From Pelagomonas calceolata (taxonomy: Eukaryota), in contig CAKKNE010000004.1 in the NCBI GenBank assembly GCA_918797485.1, positions 4,216,001 through 4,280,000 on the forward strand: DNA of 64,000 bases, given 5' to 3'. The position numbers and the translations under genes were made by a program. Shown here one piece after another: positions 1-9,356 of the stretch (the stretch's first letter is position 1; the number at the start of each line of letters is the position of its first letter). The notes under the pieces were generated by a model. The model did no database searches. It saw only the letters and a program-made list of their open reading frames with translations, and was not told the DNA's origin.

Positions 1-3000
1 GGAGCGACATGATCAAAGATGTCCGATTGCGTCGAACCAGGCCTAAACACGCGATCGAACTCGAAGCGCTGCGTCAGGCCGTGGTCGTTGACGACCTCTA
101 ACGCGCCGTCAGCCCCGCTCGGGAACTCTACGACCGAACTGCCATCATCATTCGGGGGCCGGCACCGCGCGACGACCCTGATGTTGCCCTTGAGCTCCGC
201 GAGTTCGTCCGTGAGCTTCCGCCTCAACTTCCTTTCATTCATGTACCTTTCTCTAAAGTCCTTGGCCCTGGCCCTGGCCTCGTTCAGCTCTTCTCGACTC
301 GGCCCGACCTCGCCCAGCTTCGTTCGCAGAGCCTCCGAGTCCGCCAGCGCGATTTTCAGCTCGGCCTCGGCCTTCATCTGCTCCTTGTCGAGCTCGCTTT
401 GCGCGTCGCCCCTACTTTTCTCGAGCTCCGCCACCGCCGTCTGCTTGGCCGCCTCGGCCTGCTCGAGTCTCAATTGTAATGCTTCCACCGCTTCATTCAG
501 CTCTTGACTACGTTTGGAAGACACGTCCCGGCTCTCGGCTCGCGCTTCATGTAACTCGCCCCTTAACCTTTCCTCCGTCCGCTCGTTCACGCTCCTTAAC
601 CTCTCCAGATCCGCCTCCGATTGGTCGAGTCTGGACCTAAGATGTTCAATTTCCACCTCGTGCTCTCTACACTGCCGTTCATAGTCATCTCTCAAAGTTT
701 CCGCCTGGATGCGTAGATTATTAGCCTCGTCGACGTCGTTCCGTAGCGTGCCTTCGTCGCGGATTCTTTTTTCCGCGTCCCGCTCGACGCGCGCCGTCGC
801 CTCGTCAAGCTGCTTCGTGAGCTCCAAACCCTTCCGTTCCAAAGTCTCAACCTCGTCTTCCAGCGTCTTGTTGCGCGCCGTCGCAGTCGACAGCTGCGCA
901 TCTAATTTAGCGACGTGGGCTTCACTGGAAGCAACTTGCGTCAGCGAGGCCTTGGCGGCCTCCTCGTTTCTATCGCGTTGATCTTCTAATCGTTTGCGCA
1001 GCTCAGACACCTCAAGGAGCGCGTCCTCGCGCTGCTTCGACGCTCGCTCCGCGTCGTGCCGCGCGGACATGACCTCGGCCTCGGCCACGGACCTCGCGCT
1101 GAGGACATCCGCCTCCATGCGTTGCAACGCGTGGCGGTCGACCTCGCTCTGTTGTAATGATACGCGCCAGAGCCGCGCGCAGGCGGCGAAGGCCGTCAGG
1201 TCCGCTACACAACGTTCGTCCGCGTCCCTCCTCCACAGTTTCATTTGGTCGTCTTTGGCGTCCAGCCGTTGGTCGAGCCGCCGATTCTCCTCTATCAGTG
1301 AATCGCACTTCTCCCGTAACGCATCGGCGTCCCTTCTAGCTTCCTGCTCCGACCGCGCCGCTTCACTCGCGTGGAACTCTGCTCTTTCACAACGCGTGCG
1401 CGACGCGTCGACGAACCGCGCGTTCGCCTCGCGCACGCTCTCCAGTTCCTGTCTTAATTTACGGGCGTCGGCCGCGCCCTTCTCCTCGGCCTCGGCCTCG
1501 GCGGCGTCGCGGCTCAGCGAGATGGCCTGGACGTCCGCTCTCCTGGCATCCGCCGCCGCCTCCGCGGCGGCGGCCTGGGCCCGCGCCGCATCCCGCGCCG
1601 ACCGTAGGTCGTCCTCCCGCTTCAAGGCTTCGTCAGCTCTCGCTGCTTCGCGGGCCCGCGCCGCGTCGAGCTCCTCCGCTCGCTTCTCCAGTCGCTTCAG
1701 CCGCGCATCGTCCTGTCCAGGCCGCTCCTCGAGCCGTCTTAGTTGATTTTTGAGCGCCGTGCACCGCTGCTCCGCCTCGAAGGCCTCGGCCCGGGCTTCG
1801 TCCACATCTCGGCGCCGCCGACGCGCCTCGTCGGCCTTCTCCGCGATCAGCGCGTCGCAGCGACCCTCGGCGTCCAACAACCGCTGGTGCTGCGTCCGCG
1901 TCTCCTCGACGCGATCCGAGAGTGAGGCCTTGGCGGCGTCCCTTTCAGTTTTTGACAAAGAGAGGGCGCTCTCGAGCGACGCGATCCTATCCAACGCTTC
2001 GTCGCGCGCCCTCACAAGATCAGCGTCGCACTCGACCGGTTTTGATGAAGCGTCACATTGCCGCTGCAGCGCCTCGCCCGCCAACAGCGCTCCCGCCAGC
2101 TTGTCCTCGAGGTCGTCGATCGTCCGGAGCGCGTCTACCAACTGGTCCGAGTCCTCTCTTTGTGATTTCGTCCGCACCCTCCTTCCTAACTCCTCGGCGG
2201 CGCGCTGCGCCCGCTGTTCGGCCTTGCGGAGCTGCTCTTGTAAAGCAGCAACGTCGTCGCCGGAACCTTTGGAGAGCGCCTCGCTCAATCGCCTCTCGAC
2301 GTCCTCGCGCCGTCTCGTTTCAGCCTCGACCTCGTCCCTCATGTGCTTGAGCTTGTCCTTGAGCTTGTCCGCGCGGCGCTCCGCGTCGGCGACGGCCCGA
2401 TCATTGCGTTTCAGCTTCTCGGTGGCCTGGCGGACCTGAGAATTATGCTCCGAGAAGACAGAATGCAATTCGAGGACGCCCAGGAGGCGGTCGGTCCACT
2501 TCCCGTCCCTCACGTCGCTCGCGAGGACCTCGTCGAGGCGGTCGAGGACGGCGTCGGGGTCGTCCGCCGGTGCTTTTGGGGCGCTCCGACGCGCCTCGGA
2601 CGACGCCGTTCCGCGGTCGTCCGCGGCCCGCGCCGACGCGTGCGCGTCGCGCCGCGCCGCCGACGCGGTCGCCGTGCGCTCCTCGCCCTCGGACGATGAC
2701 GAGTGCCGGCGCGGCGTCCTCTGCGTCGCCTCCCGTCCGCGTGCTGCGGGCCGCCGCCGCCCGGACGGCTCTTCATCCTCCCCGGAGGACGACGACGACG
2801 TGAGGCCCGACCGGACGCGGCCCGCCGCCGCGGCGCGCCTCTCGGACGGCAGCGCGAAGAGGCGGCCCGTTCGCGGCGCTTCTCCCTTGGTGGCGCTCCC
2901 GCGGCGCTCGCCGCGTTCGTCCGGCTCGCTCCCGCTCGTCGGCGCCCCCCAGCCCTGGCGTCCCTTGCGGGCGCTCCGAGGCTCGTCCCGCTCGCTCCCG

Positions 3001-3647
3001 CTCCCTTGGCGGCCGCGGCGCCCTTGGCGCGGCTCGGGCGACGACGCGTCGCCTCGGCGCCGGATCCGGGGCTCCGGCGACGCGGACGCGCCGGACGAGC
3101 CCTCCCGCCGCGCGCGCCGCGTACTACTGGAGACGCGCCGCGCGCCGCCGACCGTCGCGGACGCGTCCTTCGGCCCGCGGCCCGTGAAGCGGCTGCGCTC
3201 CGGCGACGAGTCGACCAACCGCCCATTCTCCTCCGGTACCGGCCCTCGAGGCGTCGGCCCCTCGTAGCCTAAGCGCGGCGTCGGCGGCGCGTCGCGCGGC
3301 CTATCAACATACGACCGGTACATGGCCACGTAGTGGTCGTCGAGGGGGTGCTCCCACCTACTTTCGCCCGTGCGCTCGTTCAGGTAGTAGGGGCTCCCGT
3401 TCTGGTCCTTGTACTGCGCCCAACCTTCCGGTAACGGCGACAGGAGCGACCGGGCGGCGATCCAGAGGTAGTTGGGGTCCGTAATACCTAGAGTTTGGGC
3501 CTGCTCCTCGATGCCCGTCAATAATAACTTAGGGGAGGACCATATTGTTTCTTGCAATTGGGCGCGGACGCCGGCGTTGTCGGGGTCCGCGCCGATGATC
3601 CTATCGAGGGCGGCGACGCTCGCCTCGTCGGTCTGGTCGTAGGCCAT
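1..3647 (-). CDS. Kinesin-14-type (C-terminal motor) protein with N-terminal CEP164-like WW domain and long coiled coil; 3' end lies beyond the window
   Basis: ATG at 3647. The frame was open wherever I checked it by hand and is absent from the ORF track, as expected if it has no stop in the window. WW motif LWIAARSLLSPLPEGWAQYKDQNGSPYYLNERTGESRWEHP. Kinesin-14 neck/motor start ELKGNIRVVARCRP and FEFDRVFRPGSTQSDIF lie at about 1-200. Confidence 0.85.
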   Translation of the reverse strand, partial: MAYDQTDEASVAALDRIIGADPDNAGVRAQLQETIWSSPKLLLTGIEEQAQTLGITDPNYLWIAARSLLSPLPEGWAQYKDQNGSPYYLNERTGESRWEHPLDDHYVAMYRSYVDRPRDAPPTPRLGYEGPTPRGPVPEENGRLVDSSPERSRFTGRGPKDASATVGGARRVSSSTRRARREGSSGASASPEPRIRRRGDASSPEPRQGRRGRQGSGSERDEPRSARKGRQGWGAPTSGSEPDERGERRGSATKGEAPRTGRLFALPSERRAAAAGRVRSGLTSSSSSGEDEEPSGRRRPAARGREATQRTPRRHSSSSEGEERTATASAARRDAHASARAADDRGTASSEARRSAPKAPADDPDAVLDRLDEVLASDVRDGKWTDRLLGVLELHSVFSEHNSQVRQATEKLKRNDRAVADAERRADKLKDKLKHMRDEVEAETRRREDVERRLSEALSKGSGDDVAALQEQLRKAEQRAQRAAEELGRRVRTKSQREDSDQLVDALRTIDDLEDKLAGALLAGEALQRQCDASSKPVECDADLVRARDEALDRIASLESALSLSKTERDAAKASLSDRVEETRTQHQRLLDAEGRCDALIAEKADEARRRRRDVDEARAEAFEAEQRCTALKNQLRRLEERPGQDDARLKRLEKRAEELDAARAREAARADEALKREDDLRSARDAARAQAAAAEAAADARRADVQAISLSRDAAEAEAEEKGAADARKLRQELESVREANARFVDASRTRCERAEFHASEAARSEQEARRDADALREKCDSLIEENRRLDQRLDAKDDQMKLWRRDADERCVADLTAFAACARLWRVSLQQSEVDRHALQRMEADVLSARSVAEAEVMSARHDAERASKQREDALLEVSELRKRLEDQRDRNEEAAKASLTQVASSEAHVAKLDAQLSTATARNKTLEDEVETLERKGLELTKQLDEATARVERDAEKRIRDEGTLRNDVDEANNLRIQAETLRDDYERQCREHEVEIEHLRSRLDQSEADLERLRSVNERTEERLRGELHEARAESRDVSSKRSQELNEAVEALQLRLEQAEAAKQTAVAELEKSRGDAQSELDKEQMKAEAELKIALADSEALRTKLGEVGPSREELNEARARAKDFRERYMNERKLRRKLTDELAELKGNIRVVARCRPPNDDGSSVVEFPSGADGALEVVNDHGLTQRFEFDRVFRPGSTQSDIFDHVA

Positions 3648-3863
3648 TGTGTTGTCGTGTCGATGCTGTTCGGCGCGGCGCGTGAGTCTCGGAGGTGCGT
3701 GCGCTGTGCGCTGTGGGCCAGTCTTTAGGTTGTCCTCGGGCTGCCCCCGCGCGTGCGTCGTTGCCCTGCGTGTCTGTGTGGCGTTACGCGTTCACGCCAG
3801 TCGCCTGAGTGGCTGCTGGGGCGCGCAACATGCGCCGTGCGTTTTGCCTGCCGCTGCGTGCCT

Positions 3864-3885
3864 CTAGAGTGTGTCTGCACGCTAG
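3864..3885 (+). promoter_or_regulatory. CTAG-N14-CTAG element, variant type (CTAGAGTGTGTCTGCACGCTAG)
   Basis: In a divergent intergenic region; close match to the 6431 copy. Confidence 0.55.
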
Positions 3886-4203
3886 CATTACGCTCTGCAA
3901 AAGCCAAAAGGCCTTGTCGCGTCCGTGCGAGTCTCAGAAGCCGGACTGCTGTCATCTGTACGCCAGCGGCAGCGCTGCGACGATAACTGCTGCCGGAAGC
4001 AGTGCAAGACAGCGTGGAGACACACAGCTCGGGCTCCGGAGAGCTCTGCGGAGACGCAGTCGGAGCGCTCGGTACCCCGTAGAGCGCTGCGGAGAGAGGC
4101 CGTCGGAGCGGCGCATAGCTGAGATTCGCCGCATCGGACTAGTCTTAGTCGTAGCGCGGCGCGCCACATGTCCGGTCGCGCAAGCGGCGTGCTGCTGCAC
4201 GGT

Positions 4204-5145
4204 ATGGAGCTAGAAACCTGCCCCTTCGGCGAGCTGCGGCACGGCGCCGCCGCGTACAATGCAGTCGTGGCTCGCGGGAGAGAGGACGGCGGCGGCGAAA
4301 TCCCGATCGCGGCGACGTGCGTGCAGGTCGACGAGGCCCTGTCGCAGCGCCTGGGTCAATCGGCGAGGAGCCTCGCGTTCGCCTGGGTCAGCCCAGCGGG
4401 TATGATTCCAGCAACGCACATCTGGCCGCTGCGGCCGACGACGGCCTTCCAGCAGTGGGCCCGAAAGGGCCACACCTTCGCGCTGCTCGACATGGAGCAA
4501 GTGGGCGCGACGGGCGGCGCCGACATCCCCACGGGTGCGCTACCTGTGACGGCGGTCCTGGCTTCGTTTACACCTATGAGGAAGAATGGGGAGGACGCGC
4601 CGGTGCTCCTTTCTGTATCGATGACTACCCCCGCGGTCGCGGCGCTAGCCGGCCTGAGAGGCGGCGAGGGCGTGCACGTGACGGCGCAGCAGTCGCCGCG
4701 CTCGGGCGCCATGGGGGCGCTCTCGTGGCTCTTCGACGATGAAGTCGGTCTGTGCGATGCGTCGATCCTGGCCAGGTACGTCGCGAACGCGGCCCGCAAC
4801 CCGCAACGGCGGACCATCAATTGCAACAACGCGACGTTTCGGAGGGCCGTCGCGCCGTCGCCAGCCGCGGGGGCTTTACTCTACGCGCTTGGGTTCCGGC
4901 CTAGTAGTGCGGGACTGACGGTGGGCGCGGTCGACGCCCAGCTCTACGAGGAGATCGCGGCGCTGCTCCGGGCCCCGCCCGTCGAGCCGCCCTGGGCCGC
5001 GTGCCGCGCCGGCGGCGACAACCAGGGCAGGGGGTGGGGTGGGTGGGACGGACCGGCCGCGCGGCGCAACAACTGGAACGGCGGCCGGCGGGGAGGTGCT
5101 CCTCCTCCGCCTCCGCCGGGGGCGAACGCGTCGTCGTGGATCTAG
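4204..5145 (+). CDS. PUB-domain-like protein
   Basis: ILARYVANAARNPQRRTINCNNATFRRAV...GALLYALGF resembles a PUB domain. ATG at 4204 preferred over the in-frame ATG at 4168. Confidence 0.6.
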   Translation: MELETCPFGELRHGAAAYNAVVARGREDGGGEIPIAATCVQVDEALSQRLGQSARSLAFAWVSPAGMIPATHIWPLRPTTAFQQWARKGHTFALLDMEQVGATGGADIPTGALPVTAVLASFTPMRKNGEDAPVLLSVSMTTPAVAALAGLRGGEGVHVTAQQSPRSGAMGALSWLFDDEVGLCDASILARYVANAARNPQRRTINCNNATFRRAVAPSPAAGALLYALGFRPSSAGLTVGAVDAQLYEEIAALLRAPPVEPPWAACRAGGDNQGRGWGGWDGPAARRNNWNGGRRGGAPPPPPPGANASSWI

Positions 5146-5175
5146 TAAGTGTTCTTGTGATTGTCTTAGACGAAT

Positions 5176-6183
5176 CTACTCCTCCTTCTTCGCCTTCGCC
5201 TTCTTGGCCGGCTTCTTCTCGTCGTCGCCACCGTCACCGCTCTTGCGCTTTTTGGGCGATTTGGGCGAAATGCCCCGGCCGCCGCCGCGCCCGCGCCCGC
5301 CGCCGCGCCCGCGCCCGCGGCCACCACCCTTACCCTTCTTGCCGCCCTTCTTCGCCTTCTTCGCCGACGGCTTGGCATCGCCCTCGCCCTTCTCGGCTTC
5401 TTCAGCCTTCCTCTTCTTCTTCTCCTCCTTCTCGGCCTTGCGCTTGGCCTTGCGCTTCTCGCCCTCCTCCCGGAACGCCAAACAGTCGGCCTCCAAGCGA
5501 TCAAAAAACGACAGCCCGTCGGACGAGGTGACGACTTTGACTTTTGGCTGTTTGGGCAGCAACGGCTCGTCTTTCGAAGCTTTCAACAAAGCGTCGGCCT
5601 TGGCCTTGGACTCCAATTCTACGAGCACGCCTCCAGTGAGTGTCCGAGTCTTCCGCAGGTCTCGCCGCGGTCGCACGCTCAACACAGGCTTGAAAGAGGC
5701 AGCATCACCCCGCTTCTCCAGTGCTGTCTGAAACGCTTTCTCATCTAGTATAGAAGATAATTCAGGCCCGCCCTCGTCGACCTTCAACTCCAAAAAAGCC
5801 ATGTTCTTGTTGCTCTTATCCTCCTTCGGCATCGGCCAACGTCTTTTGAGAAAACCTTCAGCACCGCGCACCACGGAGTCCGAGGCAGACGCGACGTCCC
5901 ATAATAGATACGCTCGTTGGATCGGTGTCAGTTTTTTAGTGAACTGCTTAATTCTCGCACTGTTCGCGAGCACCTCACAGTCGATCTCGCCCGCCTTGTT
6001 CCTGGCCTTGAGGTAGAAGTCGTCGTAGGGCAGGTTCACATCCGAAAAGTAGAACTCGAGCTGCCTCAAACAAGCGTCTCGCGTCTTCTGTTCACACTTC
6101 TTAACTTCGGCGATGTCGTCCTTCGCGAACCTCTCGGACGCGGGCTCCGTGCTCAGGCCCAGGGCTTTTTTGATGGCGTTCAT
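5176..6183 (-). CDS. La-motif RNA-binding protein (La/LARP family) with basic RGG tail
   Basis: QLEFYFSDVNLPYDDF La motif, a degenerate RRM-like segment, and a K-rich/RGG C-terminus. First ATG at 6183. Confidence 0.8.
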   Translation of the reverse strand: MNAIKKALGLSTEPASERFAKDDIAEVKKCEQKTRDACLRQLEFYFSDVNLPYDDFYLKARNKAGEIDCEVLANSARIKQFTKKLTPIQRAYLLWDVASASDSVVRGAEGFLKRRWPMPKEDKSNKNMAFLELKVDEGGPELSSILDEKAFQTALEKRGDAASFKPVLSVRPRRDLRKTRTLTGGVLVELESKAKADALLKASKDEPLLPKQPKVKVVTSSDGLSFFDRLEADCLAFREEGEKRKAKRKAEKEEKKKRKAEEAEKGEGDAKPSAKKAKKGGKKGKGGGRGRGRGGGRGRGGGRGISPKSPKKRKSGDGGDDEKKPAKKAKAKKEE

Positions 6184-6430
6184 GTTGCTGTCGTTCACGG
6201 GTGTGCGGCGGCGGCGTTATGGGGTCGCGCAGCAGTCACGTGCTGCTGGTTCTTCTGGAGAGCGATGGAGACTGCAGCGGCTACTGGGGCTCCGCGAGCG
6301 CCTCGTTTCACGCTGCTGCGGCTCGGCAGCAGATATAGGAGGCTACACAGCGATTGCGCAACAGTGTAAGGTTACGTACGCGGAGTATAAGGCTAAAACA
6401 AATGGCAATTCGCCCGCAAAACCCGAACCG

Positions 6431-6452
6431 CTAGTGTGTCTCTGCACGCTAG
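6431..6452 (+). promoter_or_regulatory. CTAG-N14-CTAG element, variant type (CTAGTGTGTCTCTGCACGCTAG)
   Basis: In the divergent intergenic region between the La and PAT1-like genes. Confidence 0.55.
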
Positions 6453-6598
6453 ATAACTCCCGGGCGCCGGCTCCGTGGAAGACGGCGGCCGTGCAGCGTG
6501 CCCAGTGCATCGCCGACAAGCCAGGAAGACCGTAGAATTCTTGCGCCGTAGGCCCCAAACGCGCGGAGCAGCCGGCGGGCGCCGAGCGTGCAGCAATC

Positions 6599-8656
6599 AT
6601 GAACAACATGGCGCACCTCCGCGGCGCCCTGCCTCCTGGCCTGAGACCCGGCGCCGCGCCGCCGCCGCCCCCACCAGGCATGGCGCCGCCGCCCGGCATC
6701 TTCGCGGGCCGCCCGCGCACGGGGCCGGGCGCGCCGCCGCCCGGCGTTAATGTGTCAAGAGAGCAGCTCGCCGCGCAAGCGCAGTTCAACAGAAGAGGCG
6801 CAGCGCCGTCCGTCCTGCCGGGCGCTCTGTCGAGAGCCGGCGGCCACGGCTCCTTGCTGGCGCAGTACGCGGACCCCGACGGCCCCGCGCCGCCGCCGAT
6901 GCCGAAATTCGTCTCGGCCCCACCGCCCAAGCCGAGCTTCCTCAAGAAGCCGCCGGCGGGCTTCGGCGCGCCGCCCAAAGCTCAATTCCACGGCGCGGCG
7001 CCGCCGCCGCCCGACGAATTACGGAGCCAGGCGCCGAAACCGCCTCCCGTAGCGCCGAAGCCGAAGCCGACGCAGACGAAGCCTACGAGCTGGGCCGCGG
7101 CGACGGCGCCGCCGCCGCCGCCCAAACCAAGCTTCCAGACCCAACAGGCACCTCCTGCGGTCGAGCCGCCCGCGGAGCAACCGGAAGCCGTCAAGAGCGT
7201 CTTCTGCACCAACTTAGCATGGGCTATTGATGATGATACGATGCGCGACCACTTTAAAGATGTTGGTGATATCACAAACATCAGGTGGCTCGAAGATCGA
7301 GATACCGGTAAATTCAGAGGCATGGGCGTAGTGGCCTTCGCGGATCATGCTACCGCATTGAAGGCCGTCGAGCTCAAGAACGAGAGCGAGGTACTCGGTC
7401 GCACTTTCTACTGCCAGCTCCACAAGCCCAAGCCCAGGACCATTACCGTCGGTCGCGCGATGGCGGATGCGAGAAATGCCAACCGGCCCGTCTACGACGG
7501 CGAGGACCCCGTCGCCGCGTCGTTAGCGTTAGAAGCGGAGATTTTGCGGGACATGCCCGACGTGAAGGAGCGAGTTGAACGGAGGGAGTCGCGGTCGGCG
7601 TCCATGGGCGAGCGGCCGCGGACGCGCGGCGCGGCGTTACCGCGCTTCGACGCGACGTCGTGCATGAGCGGTTCCGATATTGCCTACGTGATTCGGTCGC
7701 AGATGCGTCCCTTAGAAACGATGGACTCGTACACGGATGATTATTATTGCCACAAGTGGAATCAAAGGAGATTAGTCGGCGGTCAGAGCGTCGGCGACGC
7801 GGGGTCGTCGCTCGTGGCGCCTGTCTGGACCGAGACGAAGGAGCACGCCGCCGCGCGCGCGGCCCACATGGCTTCGGACCTGAAAAACGTCACGCGCAAG
7901 TGGGAGGAGGGCAACAAAGTATTAGGACACGTCCAGAAGACGAACGTGGCGCGGCCTAGAGCTTTATTGACCGTGGGAGACGCGACGAGCGCGAGGGACG
8001 TCGACCAGAAGATGCCCTTCACGAGCGCCATGTGGGTCGCGCGGCGGGCCTGCGATTCCGGGTCTCAAGCTCTGTTGGAGTTATTGGAAGTGCGGGCCCT
8101 GGGCCACGCGACGCCCAATAACTCGGAGCGGTTCGGCGAGGTCTTTTCGGCGTGTCGCGAGAAGCTCGAGAACGTTGCTAGAGCGATCGCCCACTGCGAC
8201 GCGCACGCCTTTGACTTATGTGATGCGAACGTCATGTTTTTATTAGGAGCGGGGCCGCCGCCGACCATCGACGCGTCCGAACCCGTCGAACACAGCACGA
8301 AGACAGCCGCCGTGTTTTCGGCATTGATGTCGCTGCCCAAGGGCGTCAAGCTGCTGGCCCGATTTGCGAGAGCCATGCCGGCGACGGCCGCGGCGTCGCC
8401 TCTGCTGCGGGCGGTGCTGGAAACGCCGCGCGCGCTGAACGACCTCTACTTCGTCGACCACGACGAGGAATTGCACGCGGCCTTGCGGGCGGACGCCTTC
8501 GCGGCGCGCGTGCCGTTCAAGACGCTCGTGGCGCTGGTCGACGGGTTATTGGCGGCGCCGTCGCTCTACGAGCTCGTGCAGGCGGGCGACGACCTCGCGG
8601 CGCGGCCGGACGCGGAGCCGAAGCTCGCCGACGAGTGGAAGTGCATGCGCGAGTAG
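6599..8656 (+). CDS. PAT1: PAT1-like mRNA decay factor with Pro-rich N-terminus and an RRM
   Basis: MSGSDIAYVIRSQMRPLETMDSYTDDYY resembles the Pat1 mid domain. RRM with RNP2 VFCTNL and RNP1 RGMGVVAF. Helical C-terminus. Confidence 0.65.
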   Translation: MNNMAHLRGALPPGLRPGAAPPPPPPGMAPPPGIFAGRPRTGPGAPPPGVNVSREQLAAQAQFNRRGAAPSVLPGALSRAGGHGSLLAQYADPDGPAPPPMPKFVSAPPPKPSFLKKPPAGFGAPPKAQFHGAAPPPPDELRSQAPKPPPVAPKPKPTQTKPTSWAAATAPPPPPKPSFQTQQAPPAVEPPAEQPEAVKSVFCTNLAWAIDDDTMRDHFKDVGDITNIRWLEDRDTGKFRGMGVVAFADHATALKAVELKNESEVLGRTFYCQLHKPKPRTITVGRAMADARNANRPVYDGEDPVAASLALEAEILRDMPDVKERVERRESRSASMGERPRTRGAALPRFDATSCMSGSDIAYVIRSQMRPLETMDSYTDDYYCHKWNQRRLVGGQSVGDAGSSLVAPVWTETKEHAAARAAHMASDLKNVTRKWEEGNKVLGHVQKTNVARPRALLTVGDATSARDVDQKMPFTSAMWVARRACDSGSQALLELLEVRALGHATPNNSERFGEVFSACREKLENVARAIAHCDAHAFDLCDANVMFLLGAGPPPTIDASEPVEHSTKTAAVFSALMSLPKGVKLLARFARAMPATAAASPLLRAVLETPRALNDLYFVDHDEELHAALRADAFAARVPFKTLVALVDGLLAAPSLYELVQAGDDLAARPDAEPKLADEWKCMRE

Positions 8657-8696
8657 TTCTTCGCTTCCTTGAGGGGGAGTTTTTAACGTCTTTCGT

Positions 8697-8942
8697 TTAT
8701 AGGGCCTTGGAGTTGCTTTGCTTAGAGCTAGGCCGCCTAGCCGCGGAGCCGACTTCGGGGAAAGCGTGGTCAGTTACACAAGAAAGCTGCCCCGTACCGT
8801 TAACGGTACGGGGCACACAGGCCCTAGTGAGTTTTGCGCCACTAGCATTTAACTTGTTGCGCGTCCAGCACACGCCGTACGACGGCGCGGTCCCGGCGGC
8901 GGCGGCGGCGCAGAGGACGGCCGCGGTCGCGACGCTACGCAT
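8697..8942 (-). pseudogene. Short signal-peptide ORF, possibly a 5' gene fragment
   Basis: MRSVATAAVLCAAAAAG is signal-like with GC-rich codons, then the ORF runs into the palindrome/CTAG-motif region. Confidence 0.3.
8788..8815. repeat. Perfect 28-bp palindrome TGCCCCGTACCGTTAACGGTACGGGGCA
   Basis: Read directly; fully self-reverse-complementary. Confidence 0.95.
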
Positions 8943-9356
8943 CGCTGCCGTTCATCGTGTGTGGTCGCTGCCCCGCGGGCAGCCAAATGGAGACAAATTT
9001 GCGAGAGAGCGGGTTTTCGAGGCTTCCGCACGCGTCCGCGTTCCCCTACCATCATGTCGGCCGCCGGGCGAATGCTATATGACAGTTCTGGCAAGCCAAG
9101 CCTGGGGAAGAACTAGGTATCTTCTCTCGATCTTGTTTGGAGAGCAGAGACCAACCGGCCGCCTCCGAAAGGCTGCCGCCGGCACTCGTAGGGAGCAGCA
9201 GAGCTTGGAGACGGGAAAGCGAATCGGCACCACCACGGCGTTTCCAAAAAGCTGCGCTTCAGCACTCCCAGCACTCGTAGAGAGCAATAGCAGAGAGGAT
9301 TCACTTCCTCCCAAGAAACTGGCTATTAAAACTGTAAATAGCAGAGAGCAATAGCA

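Noticed and set aside
19..3272. Many + strand Ser/Arg/Ala-rich ORFs here, and similar shadows across the window
   Set aside because: Antisense or alternative-frame shadows of real genes in high-GC DNA; the minus frame has the recognisable motifs.
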